From an uncultured Bacilli bacterium (GTDB taxonomy: Bacteria; Bacillota_I; Bacilli_A; RF39; UBA660): a stretch of DNA of 46,482 bases. Below the pieces are notes generated by a model that saw only the letters and a program-made list of their open reading frames with translations, did no database searches and was not told where the DNA came from. The translations under genes and the position numbers were made by a program. The stretch's first letter is position 1. Every line of letters begins with the position of its first letter. This document shows, piece after piece, positions 35,750 through 45,356 of the stretch. The stretch covers positions 1-46,482 of the forward strand of contig CALVOL010000003.1 in NCBI GenBank assembly GCA_944350285.1. Reading direction: 5' to 3'.

Positions 35750-37066
35750 CTATTTAATATAGTTTAAGCAAAAAACAGCATATAGAGGAATTGATTTTAT
35801 GTGTTTTTCTTTGTCATATCCAAAATTTCTTGTGGAAATGCGAACTCCATATTTTGGGTGATATTTTTCCATATAGACATTTAAACTTTTTGACTGCACA
35901 TGGTTTCCGGATTTTACTTCGAGAGGTATCACTCCATCTTGTGTATCTATTACAAAATCAATCTCGGCAGTTGCGCTACTTTGCCAGTAGTATAGAGAAT
36001 AATTCATGCTCTGTAATTCCTCTGCTACAAAGTTCTCTGTAATAACACCTTTGTACAAAGACAAATTGTCTGTCAAAATATCCGAAACCTTTGTTTCTAG
36101 CAACGAGTTCATGATACCGACATCATTTAAAAATAATTTAAAAGTATCGTCTTTCACATATCCTTTTAATGGAATTTCTGGTGTACTAACCAAAGAAGAA
36201 ATAGTAACCATATTACTAGCGATTAACCAATCTAGGCTAGAAAGATAATCCCTACTTTTTGCCCCAGAAATTATTTTTGAAAACTGAAATTTATTAGACT
36301 CATTCGCTAGTTGTGAAGGAATAGAGCGATAAAGCCTTTCGATTTTTAATGCTTCAGCATTTGATAAAACATACTTATCCATATCCTTAAAATAAGAATC
36401 AATAATATTTTTTAAAATATTGACATCATATTTAATCACATCTTTGTTAATTGCAACCATATTTTTCACGGATTCAGGCATTCCACCAGTTATAAGATAA
36501 AGGCGATAATAATCTAGTGCTTTTTGATGAAGTGGACCCACTAATTCCGTATTATTATAAAATGAGATTTTAATTTCTTCTATTAACCTCTCTTCATGAA
36601 ATGCCCATAAAAACTCCATAAAATTCATAGGATATAATGTAAAAATTTCCACCTTACCAACTGGAAAGGAAAAATGACTTCTTTTTAACTTAACACCTAA
36701 TAAACTACCCGCACATATAATTCTCATAGTGGAATGTTTTTCACAAAAAAACTTTAAATCTGCGATAAGAGACTCAGATTCTTGGATTTCATCTATAAAT
36801 AAAATAGTATTTTCTTGTTCTAAATCTGTATTTACTAAAACCTTTAGAGCCCTATATTTTTCTTCCGCATTTAAGTTTGATTCATATAACTCAACAATAT
36901 CACGTCGTTCAAATAAATTCACTGATACACAGTTTTCAAAATTTTCATGAATAAATTTATCAATAATATAAGTTTTTCCTACTTGTCTTGCTCCTAGTAA
37001 CAATAATGGTTTTGCCTCTTTTTTCCCGCTCCAATTCACTAAATTTTGGTATATCTGTCTTTTCAT
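35750..37066 (-). CDS. AAA+ ATPase (AAA_14) with C-terminal DUF4143 / PD-(D/E)xK-like domain
   Basis: GARQVGKT, LFIDEIQ, AGSLLG, LYPMNFMEFL, GGMPE, KLFLNDVG, AEIDFVI...IPLEVKSG. Confidence 0.93.
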   Translation of the reverse strand: MKRQIYQNLVNWSGKKEAKPLLLLGARQVGKTYIIDKFIHENFENCVSVNLFERRDIVELYESNLNAEEKYRALKVLVNTDLEQENTILFIDEIQESESLIADLKFFCEKHSTMRIICAGSLLGVKLKRSHFSFPVGKVEIFTLYPMNFMEFLWAFHEERLIEEIKISFYNNTELVGPLHQKALDYYRLYLITGGMPESVKNMVAINKDVIKYDVNILKNIIDSYFKDMDKYVLSNAEALKIERLYRSIPSQLANESNKFQFSKIISGAKSRDYLSSLDWLIASNMVTISSLVSTPEIPLKGYVKDDTFKLFLNDVGIMNSLLETKVSDILTDNLSLYKGVITENFVAEELQSMNYSLYYWQSSATAEIDFVIDTQDGVIPLEVKSGNHVQSKSLNVYMEKYHPKYGVRISTRNFGYDKEKHIKSIPLYAVFCLNYIK

Positions 37067-37092
37067 AAGTCCTCCTTCTTATATTTAACTAT

Positions 37093-37121
37093 ATTTTAAG
37101 TCAAATAATAGTAGAAGTCAA
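37093..37121 (-). promoter_or_regulatory. sigma-A promoter of the ATPase gene
   Basis: TTGACT (37121-37116), 17 nt, TAAAAT (37098-37093); AAGGAGG RBS follows. Confidence 0.75.
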
Positions 37122-37124
37122 TGG

Positions 37125-37215
37125 AAGTTGCACTTTTTTCTAACCACTTTTTGCAAATAATTACACCTTTTTCTAATCACTTTTTAATAAAAGTTGCACT
37201 TTTTTCTAAGGACTT
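37125..37215. repeat. tandem direct repeats, 33-bp period, about 2.8 copies
   Basis: AAGTTGCACTTTTTTCTAACCACTTTTTGCAAA (37125), TAATTACACCTTTTTCTAATCACTTTTTAATAA (37158), AAGTTGCACTTTTTTCTAAGGACTT (37191). Confidence 0.9.
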
Positions 37216-37371
37216 ACCACGTATTTTCTTCAAAATTATTTCTTCACTTGGTTCAAAAGACTTTCTCATTCTATACAAATCTTTTTGACTTTCTTTTGCT
37301 TCAGTAATACAACAAGCAATATCTAATATAAACGCGATTAAAATAAGAAATAAAAACACAAACAACATCAA
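37177..37371 (-). CDS. small membrane protein
   Basis: Hydrophobic N-terminus, AGGTGG RBS, sigma-E-like promoter; its 3' end runs into the repeat array. Confidence 0.55.
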   Translation of the reverse strand: MMLFVFLFLILIAFILDIACCITEAKESQKDLYRMRKSFEPSEEIILKKIRGKSLEKSATFIKK

Positions 37372-37385
37372 ACCACCTATATAAA

Positions 37386-37413
37386 AATATATGTGAATCT
37401 CTATTGTTTATGT
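37386..37413 (-). promoter_or_regulatory. sigma-E-like promoter
   Basis: acATAaa, 13 nt, cATAtatT. Confidence 0.45.
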
Positions 37414-37845
37414 TTTCTTTTTTTTTATACTATATACTTGAAAATAACAAAGTATTCCCACCGCACTGCCACACGAGTCAATCACAACATCAAAAATCCT
37501 AGGTGCTCTTCCGCCAACAAACATTTGATGAAATTCGTCGCTGGAAGCATAAAGAACACAGAATAGGAAAATCCAAATTAGGTTTTTGATTGTTAGCTTT
37601 TGATAAGCATTCAAAAGATTAGCGCATAATACTCCTAAAATAGCATACTCCGTGAAATGTGCGAGTTTTCGAATCACAAAAGATGCCACATCACTAGTAA
37701 GTGGAATATGCGTGATAGATTCCAATATTTTTAAAACGCCATTAGAAACATTAGAACTTTCTGAACCAGTTTGACTAGAAAAAAGAAAGATAATCAAAAG
37801 CCAACTTATTAGCAAGACCCATGATAATACTTTCTTCTTATTCAT
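37408..37845 (-). CDS. VanZ family membrane protein
   Basis: IFLFSSQ, IRKLAHFTEYAILG, YASSDEFHQMFVGGR, DVVID. Confidence 0.92.
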   Translation of the reverse strand: MNKKKVLSWVLLISWLLIIFLFSSQTGSESSNVSNGVLKILESITHIPLTSDVASFVIRKLAHFTEYAILGVLCANLLNAYQKLTIKNLIWIFLFCVLYASSDEFHQMFVGGRAPRIFDVVIDSCGSAVGILCYFQVYSIKKKKT

Positions 37846-39295
37846 CTAAAACCTCATTTAATTTGTTTACTGCTTCTGTTACTGTTTCTAGTTTTGGTTG
37901 CATGACATATAGATTTTGATTTGGATAGCTATAAGTTGGTAAATATGCCCCCGTTCCATCTACATTGTAGCTAGAAATATTCCATGAAGCCATATCATCT
38001 ATTTGCATTTTTACTAAGCTTGTTATCTCATCCATTGTCATATTTGTTTCAAATGTTCCATCTAAAGCATTTAGGATATTTGTATAATTAGAAATAATCG
38101 TACTTGAGCTTGTTACTTTGTTAATGATTAATTCGATTACTTGTTCTTGGTTTTCTCCACGGTGTCTATCTCCAGTAGAATACGCATGACGTTCTCTTGC
38201 GAAGGCTAACGCACAATCTCCATATACATAGTTATATCCTGGGTTAAATGAACAATTTCGGTTGGTCCAGCAAGTAAAGGTATAATCAACATCTGAATAA
38301 ATATTAATTCCACCAATGGCATCGACTAAATTGACAACAGCATTAAAGTTTACACGAACATAGTAAGGAATATCTATTTCAAGTAAGTCTTCAATAGTAG
38401 CCATTGTTAGGTCTACTCCACCAATGGTTCCAGTATGAGTAAGTTTATCACTGCTACTTGTACCATGAACATTTACATAATAATCTCTTGGAATATGAAC
38501 CATTAATATCTTCTTAGTATTAGGATTAACAGCTAAAACAATATTGACGTCACTCAAACTCCGACTTGGTAATTTTCCACTTCTAGTATCAATTCCACTT
38601 AGATATACTACAAATGGTTCTTTTGTAACATTGATTCCAGAAGAGGTATTTTCTACTTCTGTGGTGATTTCAATGGTATCTAACACTCTTACTTTTGACT
38701 CATATTCTTCATCATTTTGGACCATTGCGTCGTAATTACCAGAGTTTACCAAAATAATCAGTTCCGTATTTTCTGTTACTTGTTCTAATAAATCCACAAT
38801 GTTTTCTTGATATTTTATCGTAACATCTACCTTTTCTTTTAAATTATTCTCCACCGGACTCATATCTTCCATATCCTTATAAGACTCTACAGTAAGACCG
38901 GCAATGTCGCCGATACTTTGATATGATGCATTTTCATTTACCACTACATTATAAATATTTGTTTCATAGGTTGCTCCTAAGTTAGATTTTAAGAAACTGA
39001 TTGTTTCATTAATTTTTGTAATCGCAAATGCTTCAGCACTCATAAAAGCCAAAGCAAATAGATTTAAAATAATAAGCACCCAAGTTCGAGTATTCTTCTT
39101 TAAAATAAAGATCCCATGAATGGATAATAAAATCACAAATACCACCACAATAATTAAAAAATACTTTAAGGGTAATACGTTTGCAGAATAAATAAAATAT
39201 CCTAAAATAATCATAAATAAAATAGAAACAATCCAAATAACAACACTAAATTTATGCAATGCCTTATTTTTCTGTTTTGTATTTTTCTTTGCCAT
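37838..39295 (-). CDS. LCP (LytR-CpsA-Psr) glycopolymer-peptidoglycan ligase, CpsA-like
   Basis: Three TM helices; YLSGID, SDVNI, IPRDYYV, DKLTH, LVDAIGG, FARER, GDRHRGENQ. Confidence 0.93.
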   Translation of the reverse strand: MAKKNTKQKNKALHKFSVVIWIVSILFMIILGYFIYSANVLPLKYFLIIVVVFVILLSIHGIFILKKNTRTWVLIILNLFALAFMSAEAFAITKINETISFLKSNLGATYETNIYNVVVNENASYQSIGDIAGLTVESYKDMEDMSPVENNLKEKVDVTIKYQENIVDLLEQVTENTELIILVNSGNYDAMVQNDEEYESKVRVLDTIEITTEVENTSSGINVTKEPFVVYLSGIDTRSGKLPSRSLSDVNIVLAVNPNTKKILMVHIPRDYYVNVHGTSSSDKLTHTGTIGGVDLTMATIEDLLEIDIPYYVRVNFNAVVNLVDAIGGINIYSDVDYTFTCWTNRNCSFNPGYNYVYGDCALAFARERHAYSTGDRHRGENQEQVIELIINKVTSSSTIISNYTNILNALDGTFETNMTMDEITSLVKMQIDDMASWNISSYNVDGTGAYLPTYSYPNQNLYVMQPKLETVTEAVNKLNEVLDE

Positions 39296-39394
39296 AATAA
39301 ACCTCTTTCTCGTCGATTTCTTTTTTTATTATACTATAAATAAGATTATTTTTCACAATATATTTTTGCAAAGTGTCAAGTAATAATACATTTT

Positions 39395-40561
39395 CTAATC
39401 TCTACTAAATAAGTCTCTTGTATATACTTTATCTGATACATCGTTTAAACTATCATCATATCGATTCACTAGTATCACATCAGAAAGAGTTTTAAATTCA
39501 TTAAAATCTTGAATTACTTTACTATTATAAAATTCTCTTTCTTTTAAAGTTGGTTCATAAATGATGGCTTCTACACCATTTGCTTTAATTCGTTTCATAA
39601 CTCCTTGAATGGCACTTGCTCTAAAATTATCTGAACCACTTTTCATCGTTAAACGATATATCCCCACTACTTTTGGATTCCTTTTTAATATCATTTCAGC
39701 AATGTGATCTTTTCTGGTTCGATTTGATTCTACAATTGCGCTAATAAGGTTTTCTGGAACATCTTTGTAATTTGCTTTTAATTGTTTGGTATCTTTTGGA
39801 AGGCAATATCCACCATAACCAAAAGACGGATTATTATAATGAGTTCCTATTCTTGGATCTAAACATACGCCTTCAATGATATCTTTCGTATTTAATCCTT
39901 TTAATTCCGCATAAGTATCTAATTCATTAAAATAAGCTACTCTAAGTGCTAAATAAGTATTAGCAAATAATTTTACTGCTTCTGCTTCAGTATTATTCAT
40001 ATAAAGTACTGGAATATCTTCTTTCATAGCACAAGATTGTAGCATTTCTACAAACACTTTTGCTCTTTCAGATTTTTCTCCTACTATAATTCTAGATGGG
40101 TATAAATTATCATACAAAGCTTTTCCTTCTCTTAAAAATTCTGGAGAAAAGAAAATATTATCTATTTGATATTTCTTTTTAACATTTTCAATAAATCCTA
40201 CTGGTATCGTAGATTTTACAACCATCGTAGTATCCATATTCATAGAAATTACTTTCGTAATAATATCTTCTACAGAAGATGTATCAAAAAAATTTTTCTC
40301 ATCATCATAATTGGTTGGTGTACTAATTATGATGTAATCAGCATCACAAAAAGCTTCTTGATAATCCATCGTTGCTTTTAAATTCAACTCTTTTTCTCTA
40401 AAAAACTTTTCAATATATTCATCCTTTATAGGACTAATTCTGTTATTTATTTTTTCTACTTTTTCTGGAACGATATCTAATGCCATTACTTCATATTTTT
40501 GACTTAGTAATGTTGCAAGTGATAAACCTACGTATCCTGTTCCTGCTACTGCTATTTTCAT
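39395..40561 (-). CDS. ugd: UDP-glucose 6-dehydrogenase
   Basis: [48 protein letters not shown]. Confidence 0.97.
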   Translation of the reverse strand: MKIAVAGTGYVGLSLATLLSQKYEVMALDIVPEKVEKINNRISPIKDEYIEKFFREKELNLKATMDYQEAFCDADYIIISTPTNYDDEKNFFDTSSVEDIITKVISMNMDTTMVVKSTIPVGFIENVKKKYQIDNIFFSPEFLREGKALYDNLYPSRIIVGEKSERAKVFVEMLQSCAMKEDIPVLYMNNTEAEAVKLFANTYLALRVAYFNELDTYAELKGLNTKDIIEGVCLDPRIGTHYNNPSFGYGGYCLPKDTKQLKANYKDVPENLISAIVESNRTRKDHIAEMILKRNPKVVGIYRLTMKSGSDNFRASAIQGVMKRIKANGVEAIIYEPTLKEREFYNSKVIQDFNEFKTLSDVILVNRYDDSLNDVSDKVYTRDLFSRD

Positions 40562-42036
40562 ATACTATCTCTCTTTCTTGCGATTTTTTTCAAAAACATA
40601 TCTATTTTAGGCTGTATTATTTCTAAATAAAAATTACTTTTTAACAAAAGATGAATGCAAAAATAACCACCGATTGATAAAACTATTGCCACAAATGTCT
40701 TTAGGTACAATTGAGGAATTAAATAAATACTTAACCCGCAGATAGCGACAATCCAAAGGCATCCAATAATAGAGCAAATAACGTTTTTGGAATCTAAATG
40801 AAATGGCACAATTTGTTTTGCTTTTAACCAGCAGATTATACACATTAAGATCTCAGATAATAATGTTGTTATAGCCGCTCCACAAATTCCTAAAACAGGT
40901 AATAAAACGAAATTGAGTAAGATATTCATAGCCGAAGAAATTATTGACACAATTAATACGACTTTTTCTTTTTTATAATTAACTAAAATGGCATTTGCAA
41001 AAAAATAAGCGCAAGTAGCAAAAAGAAGTGATATGGATAATATTGCTAAAGGCTGATATGCGCTAAGATATTCCTCACCGGCTGCAATCAGGACAACTGG
41101 CTTACTTATCATAAACAAACCTATTGATAACGGCAAAATAAACACCATCACAACATTTAATACTTTATTCATAAATTCTACAGAATCTTTTTGCTTGCTA
41201 CCAATATAATAAGAAATTCTAGGTATTGATACTGCGATTATAGCGTTGACAAGTTGTTTAGCAATTGTATATATTTTGGCAGCAGCACTATAAAGTCCTA
41301 CTGCATCATCTCCGTTCATAAGTCCTAATAAAGTAATATCTGAATTAATGTAAATTTGTTGCGAAAGCACACTGAAAAATAAAATTAAAATAGGTGTAAT
41401 GTGTTTCTTTAAGTTCATATGAAGTGTAAAGTGAATTTCCAAATTTTTACGAGTTTTAAAATAATTTAATATATTTGCTCCACTACTAGATAAAACAACA
41501 ATAAAAACATAGAAAGGCAAATCATTGGGAGTATGTACAAATAAAAACATTAGAATAATAGATATTACTTGAAATATAATTGTCCGAATTGTAATATATT
41601 TAAATTCTTCATAAATAGACAATAACCAATCCATGCCAATGGTATTAAAAATAATCGTAAAACTTAAGATAAATAAAAGTGTGCGATACTCAGAAAGTCC
41701 TGGTATAAAAAAAATAGTTGCCATTAGCGCACCAAATGCAATAAAAGTAGAAAAAAGATTAATAGAAAATACTTCACTTGCAAATTGACTCATTTTTTTT
41801 TGATTCGATTTATACTGGCCACCTTCACGAATAGCATAGCTTGAAATACCCAAAGCTGCTAGCAAAACGAAGTAATTGACAATCGAATTACTAAATTGAT
41901 ATCTTCCATAATAATCTACTCCTAAAGTTCTTGAAATATAAGGGAAAGTAATCAGTGGAAAAAGAATGTTTAGTACAGCTCTAATACCGTTCATTATAGC
42001 GTTCTTTGTTAATGTTTTTTTTTTCAATGCAATCAC
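40558..42036 (-). CDS. wzx: polysaccharide flippase (Wzx)
   Basis: [14 protein letters not shown], many TM helices, VGLYSAA, GAAITT; likely true start TTG at 42027. Confidence 0.92.
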   Translation of the reverse strand: MIALKKKTLTKNAIMNGIRAVLNILFPLITFPYISRTLGVDYYGRYQFSNSIVNYFVLLAALGISSYAIREGGQYKSNQKKMSQFASEVFSINLFSTFIAFGALMATIFFIPGLSEYRTLLFILSFTIIFNTIGMDWLLSIYEEFKYITIRTIIFQVISIILMFLFVHTPNDLPFYVFIVVLSSSGANILNYFKTRKNLEIHFTLHMNLKKHITPILILFFSVLSQQIYINSDITLLGLMNGDDAVGLYSAAAKIYTIAKQLVNAIIAVSIPRISYYIGSKQKDSVEFMNKVLNVVMVFILPLSIGLFMISKPVVLIAAGEEYLSAYQPLAILSISLLFATCAYFFANAILVNYKKEKVVLIVSIISSAMNILLNFVLLPVLGICGAAITTLLSEILMCIICWLKAKQIVPFHLDSKNVICSIIGCLWIVAICGLSIYLIPQLYLKTFVAIVLSIGGYFCIHLLLKSNFYLEIIQPKIDMFLKKIARKRDSI

Positions 42037-42038
42037 TC

Positions 42039-42767
42039 CTATTTAATTTTGTATAATTTTAATTTACTTAGTATTATTTTAGCATAATATTTTATTTTTG
42101 AATCATGATATCTTTTACCCGTAGATCCAGAAATTCCTTTAACTTTAGGCAAAACAGGAAACATTTTATAGGCTACCCTTTGTTTTAAAATAATATTTTT
42201 AAAAATATGTTCCAACCATACATCTTTCTTGTCGTCCACATTAAGATAACAATCAACAAATTTTTTTTCATAAACTGACTTTTGAATCATATAAAAGCGC
42301 GTTTCACACCTTCTAGTTTTAGTCATATCAAAATAATTGTAGCGATCAAAACAAAGTCTTAAAAGTGTATTAATATTAGTAATATAAAGACGTCCTGTTA
42401 CTTTAATTAAATAATCCATATTTTTAATCAGTTTACTATTATTTAAAATATATTTTATAATTTCTCCTTCTCCGTAGCCTTTTCCATGATGAACTATTTC
42501 AGATGTATTTCCATGAAAAGACAGGTATTCGAATTGTTTTTTATATTTCGTTGCTAATTTTTCTAAATAAGAAAGATTAGATAATGTGGTATTGGAATTA
42601 TCACAGTAAATTATATTTTTAAGTTTAGTTTTTTCAATATAGAAAAGCAAAGCGGCAAAGTATTGTTTTTCTCTATCTGCTTTATCTTTTAAAGCGAGTG
42701 AAAACACTTTTTCATTAGGTTTTATAGTACTGGTTATTAATAAAACTGTTTTCTCTAATTTTAGCAT
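42039..42767 (-). CDS. uncharacterised polysaccharide-locus protein (possible glycosyltransferase or modifying enzyme)
   Basis: Start reassigned to ATG 42767. Motifs CDNS, GKGYGE, IKVTGRL. Confidence 0.6.
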   Translation of the reverse strand: MLKLEKTVLLITSTIKPNEKVFSLALKDKADREKQYFAALLFYIEKTKLKNIIYCDNSNTTLSNLSYLEKLATKYKKQFEYLSFHGNTSEIVHHGKGYGEGEIIKYILNNSKLIKNMDYLIKVTGRLYITNINTLLRLCFDRYNYFDMTKTRRCETRFYMIQKSVYEKKFVDCYLNVDDKKDVWLEHIFKNIILKQRVAYKMFPVLPKVKGISGSTGKRYHDSKIKYYAKIILSKLKLYKIK

Positions 42768-42771
42768 ATGA

Positions 42772-43713
42772 TTAATTCCTTTCATTTGAATTATCGACAA
42801 TAATCCATTTTTTTCTAACAGGGAAAAATCGATATTGTTTTCCGTCCCAAGAGGCATATCTTGGCGCTACAACTTCTTGGCTTTTTATAGTTGATAAATA
42901 TGCTCCCCAAAAAGAAAAGGTACTATTTGAAATAACTATACTCTTAGATTTGCTCATCATATACATATCGATTTTACTTTGGGTAATATCATGTGAGATA
43001 ATTGCGTTAATTGTGTAGTTTTTAAAAAAGTTTTTGGCATATTCAACATCATCTGTAAAAATAACTAACGGTAAATTATTAGGATTGATGATATCTAGAG
43101 CCTTTTTATAGTAACTTATATCACATAGGTTATATTTAGCATTTAAAAAGTCTCCGCCTCTAACATGTACAGCCACTACTTCCTTAGAAGACAATTTTTT
43201 TAATAACTTTTTATCAAAATCTGAAAGTTTGCTTTCTAATGAAAAAATATTTATTAGTTCATCTCGATAAGATTCGAAATACTCAGTCCTCTGCCAAAAT
43301 CCTCTTAAATACCAATCTCCATTTTGTAGTTCATCAATTTTATCGACATAATTATTTTGAGAATCATCATATATTGTTTTTTTTGCTTTTTTACAAAATA
43401 TTCTATTCATTATTGATAAGTATTTATTTTGAAAATTATGTAGTATAAAACGTTTTATGTTTTTCGGAAGTTTTTGCCATTTTTTACTATAAATTAAGCC
43501 ATTATATACTTTTCTAAAATCTTCTTTTGATGCTAGTTTTATTTTTATTTTAAATACTTTATCCAACTCAAATCCATTATGTTCATTCTCAATATTATAA
43601 TGGAAATTTTCTCCTTTGATAATTTGGCTAGGATATTTCCTTGTTAAGGAATACTGCATTGCGTACTGAAACATTTGGTTTCCTAAGCCACCACAATATC
43701 TTATTACAATCAT
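42772..43713 (-). CDS. GT11 alpha-1,2-fucosyltransferase family protein
   Basis: GGLGNQMFQYA, GFWQ, HVRGGDF, FTDD, NSTFSFWGAYL. Confidence 0.92.
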   Translation of the reverse strand: MIVIRYCGGLGNQMFQYAMQYSLTRKYPSQIIKGENFHYNIENEHNGFELDKVFKIKIKLASKEDFRKVYNGLIYSKKWQKLPKNIKRFILHNFQNKYLSIMNRIFCKKAKKTIYDDSQNNYVDKIDELQNGDWYLRGFWQRTEYFESYRDELINIFSLESKLSDFDKKLLKKLSSKEVVAVHVRGGDFLNAKYNLCDISYYKKALDIINPNNLPLVIFTDDVEYAKNFFKNYTINAIISHDITQSKIDMYMMSKSKSIVISNSTFSFWGAYLSTIKSQEVVAPRYASWDGKQYRFFPVRKKWIIVDNSNERN

Positions 43714-43730
43714 TATTTTTCTCCTTTCTT

Positions 43731-44525
43731 TTAGTAAAAAATGCTAAAGACATGTTTTATTATTTGTTTTATGAGCTTCCATAACGTTAATTTTTCAAAT
43801 TTATGTAAGTATAGTATTACTGGCATTTTTGGGGTATTATGCTTATTTTTTTTGAATATAAAATTTTTATCGTTTTTATACGATTTTGGAAAAAAACGTC
43901 GTTGTGAAATATCTTGAAATACTGGTATTTCATATTTTTTGCATAACAAACTAAATATTGATTGATCTTCTCTATGAGAAATAAAGTATGATTTTTCTTT
44001 ATCATTGTCAGCTGGACTAATCACAGCATAATCGCAGCAATACATCAACCATTCTTTCATAAACTTTCTAACTGTAGGAGTATTTTTGACGCAAAAATAG
44101 GTAGCTATCACTTGATTTGACTCGTAATATCTTTTTTCAGTGCATTTCATTTTAAAGAAGGTTTCACTTTTCGTGAATTGCTTTTCTATTAATGGAATAT
44201 CGAAAACTATCATATCATATTTTTCTGTATAACTTGTTACTTTTTTTATATTTCCTATAAAAAAAGCTCCTGAGTCACAATACATCAAAATGTCGTTTTC
44301 TTCTAATTCATTTAAAACACGATTTATAATATATGGTTTCCACAACCATAACCCGTTTCCTCTTTTTATATCTAATATTTTTTTGTGCTTTTTGTAAAAT
44401 GATTTTTCTATATTTTCCGGTCCAAATGACAGGACTTTGTCTGCCCCAAATTTATATGCTGTTTTGGTATTCAACTTTTGGACACTTTTATATTTATCAT
44501 TTGCGTAGTTAACAACATAAACCAT
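43731..44525 (-). CDS. putative GT-A-fold glycosyltransferase
   Basis: RGNGLWLWKPYII, LMYCDSG, HREDQSIFSLL; located in the glycan locus. Confidence 0.65.
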   Translation of the reverse strand: MVYVVNYANDKYKSVQKLNTKTAYKFGADKVLSFGPENIEKSFYKKHKKILDIKRGNGLWLWKPYIINRVLNELEENDILMYCDSGAFFIGNIKKVTSYTEKYDMIVFDIPLIEKQFTKSETFFKMKCTEKRYYESNQVIATYFCVKNTPTVRKFMKEWLMYCCDYAVISPADNDKEKSYFISHREDQSIFSLLCKKYEIPVFQDISQRRFFPKSYKNDKNFIFKKNKHNTPKMPVILYLHKFEKLTLWKLIKQIIKHVFSIFY

Positions 44526-44534
44526 TTTCTTTTC

Positions 44535-45353
44535 CTACTTTCTTAAAAAAATCCGGATATAGGGTGATAAACTGCATTTAAAAGCAACTAAAATATTAAA
44601 GTTCTTTTTATAGTAATAGAAAGACTGATGAAATGGAAGTCCTTTCGGAGAGTTCAACAAAAATAATCTTTTTTTAAAAGAAAGTTTTTTATCTTCCCAT
44701 GTATTGGCTTTAGAATTTCGATTACATTTTCCTACAAATTCATTGTAAACAAGTAATTTATACTTTTTTCTTGAGTATTCAAGTCCATAATCAAAGTCAC
44801 CAAAAGAATGAACATAATGATTATCCATTGCCCCGACAATTTTAAACCATTTATATGGAATTAAGACGCAGTTTCCATTAAAGGTATTACAAAGAATGTG
44901 TTTTTTTTCGGGGCCTATGCGTTCAAAGTCCGATGAAAACTTGGAGTGAAATAAAATCCCACCATAAGATAATTTACCCTTTTCATCTTCGCAAGCACCT
45001 ATTGTAATGCAATTATGGAGTGTTTGAAAGTCTATCATTTTTTCTAAAAAGCCATGATAAAAATCAACATCATCATTTACCATCAATAAATAGTCATATT
45101 GTTTTTTTAAATTCAATAAATAATTCATTCCGTAATTCATGCTTTTAGAATAGTAATAGTTTCCTTTTGTTTGTAAAATATGAAGATTTTTTTTATTTAA
45201 TTTTTTTAATTCTTGCAATGTATTATCAGTACTTTTATCATCGATCACAAAAAAGTCAATTTTTACACCTTTTTCATTGTCAATTTTCTGGATCGCTCGT
45301 TTAGTCGTCTTGCATCGATTGAAACATGTGAATAAAACTGCTATTTTTTTCAT
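44535..45353 (-). CDS. GT2 glycosyltransferase
   Basis: TCFNR, IDDKSTDNT, VNDD, FNGNCVLI, GDFDYG. Confidence 0.9.
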   Translation of the reverse strand: MKKIAVLFTCFNRCKTTKRAIQKIDNEKGVKIDFFVIDDKSTDNTLQELKKLNKKNLHILQTKGNYYYSKSMNYGMNYLLNLKKQYDYLLMVNDDVDFYHGFLEKMIDFQTLHNCITIGACEDEKGKLSYGGILFHSKFSSDFERIGPEKKHILCNTFNGNCVLIPYKWFKIVGAMDNHYVHSFGDFDYGLEYSRKKYKLLVYNEFVGKCNRNSKANTWEDKKLSFKKRLFLLNSPKGLPFHQSFYYYKKNFNILVAFKCSLSPYIRIFLRK

Positions 45354-45356
45354 AAC

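Noticed and set aside
37125-37215. 33-bp repeats as CRISPR or type III antitoxin
   Set aside because: No spacers and no pseudoknot pairing; the array lies upstream of the ATPase promoter rather than inside its transcript.
42015-42024. A10 tract at the wzx start as a phase-variation switch
   Set aside because: Lys-codon A runs after start codons are common throughout this AT-rich window and the frame is intact.
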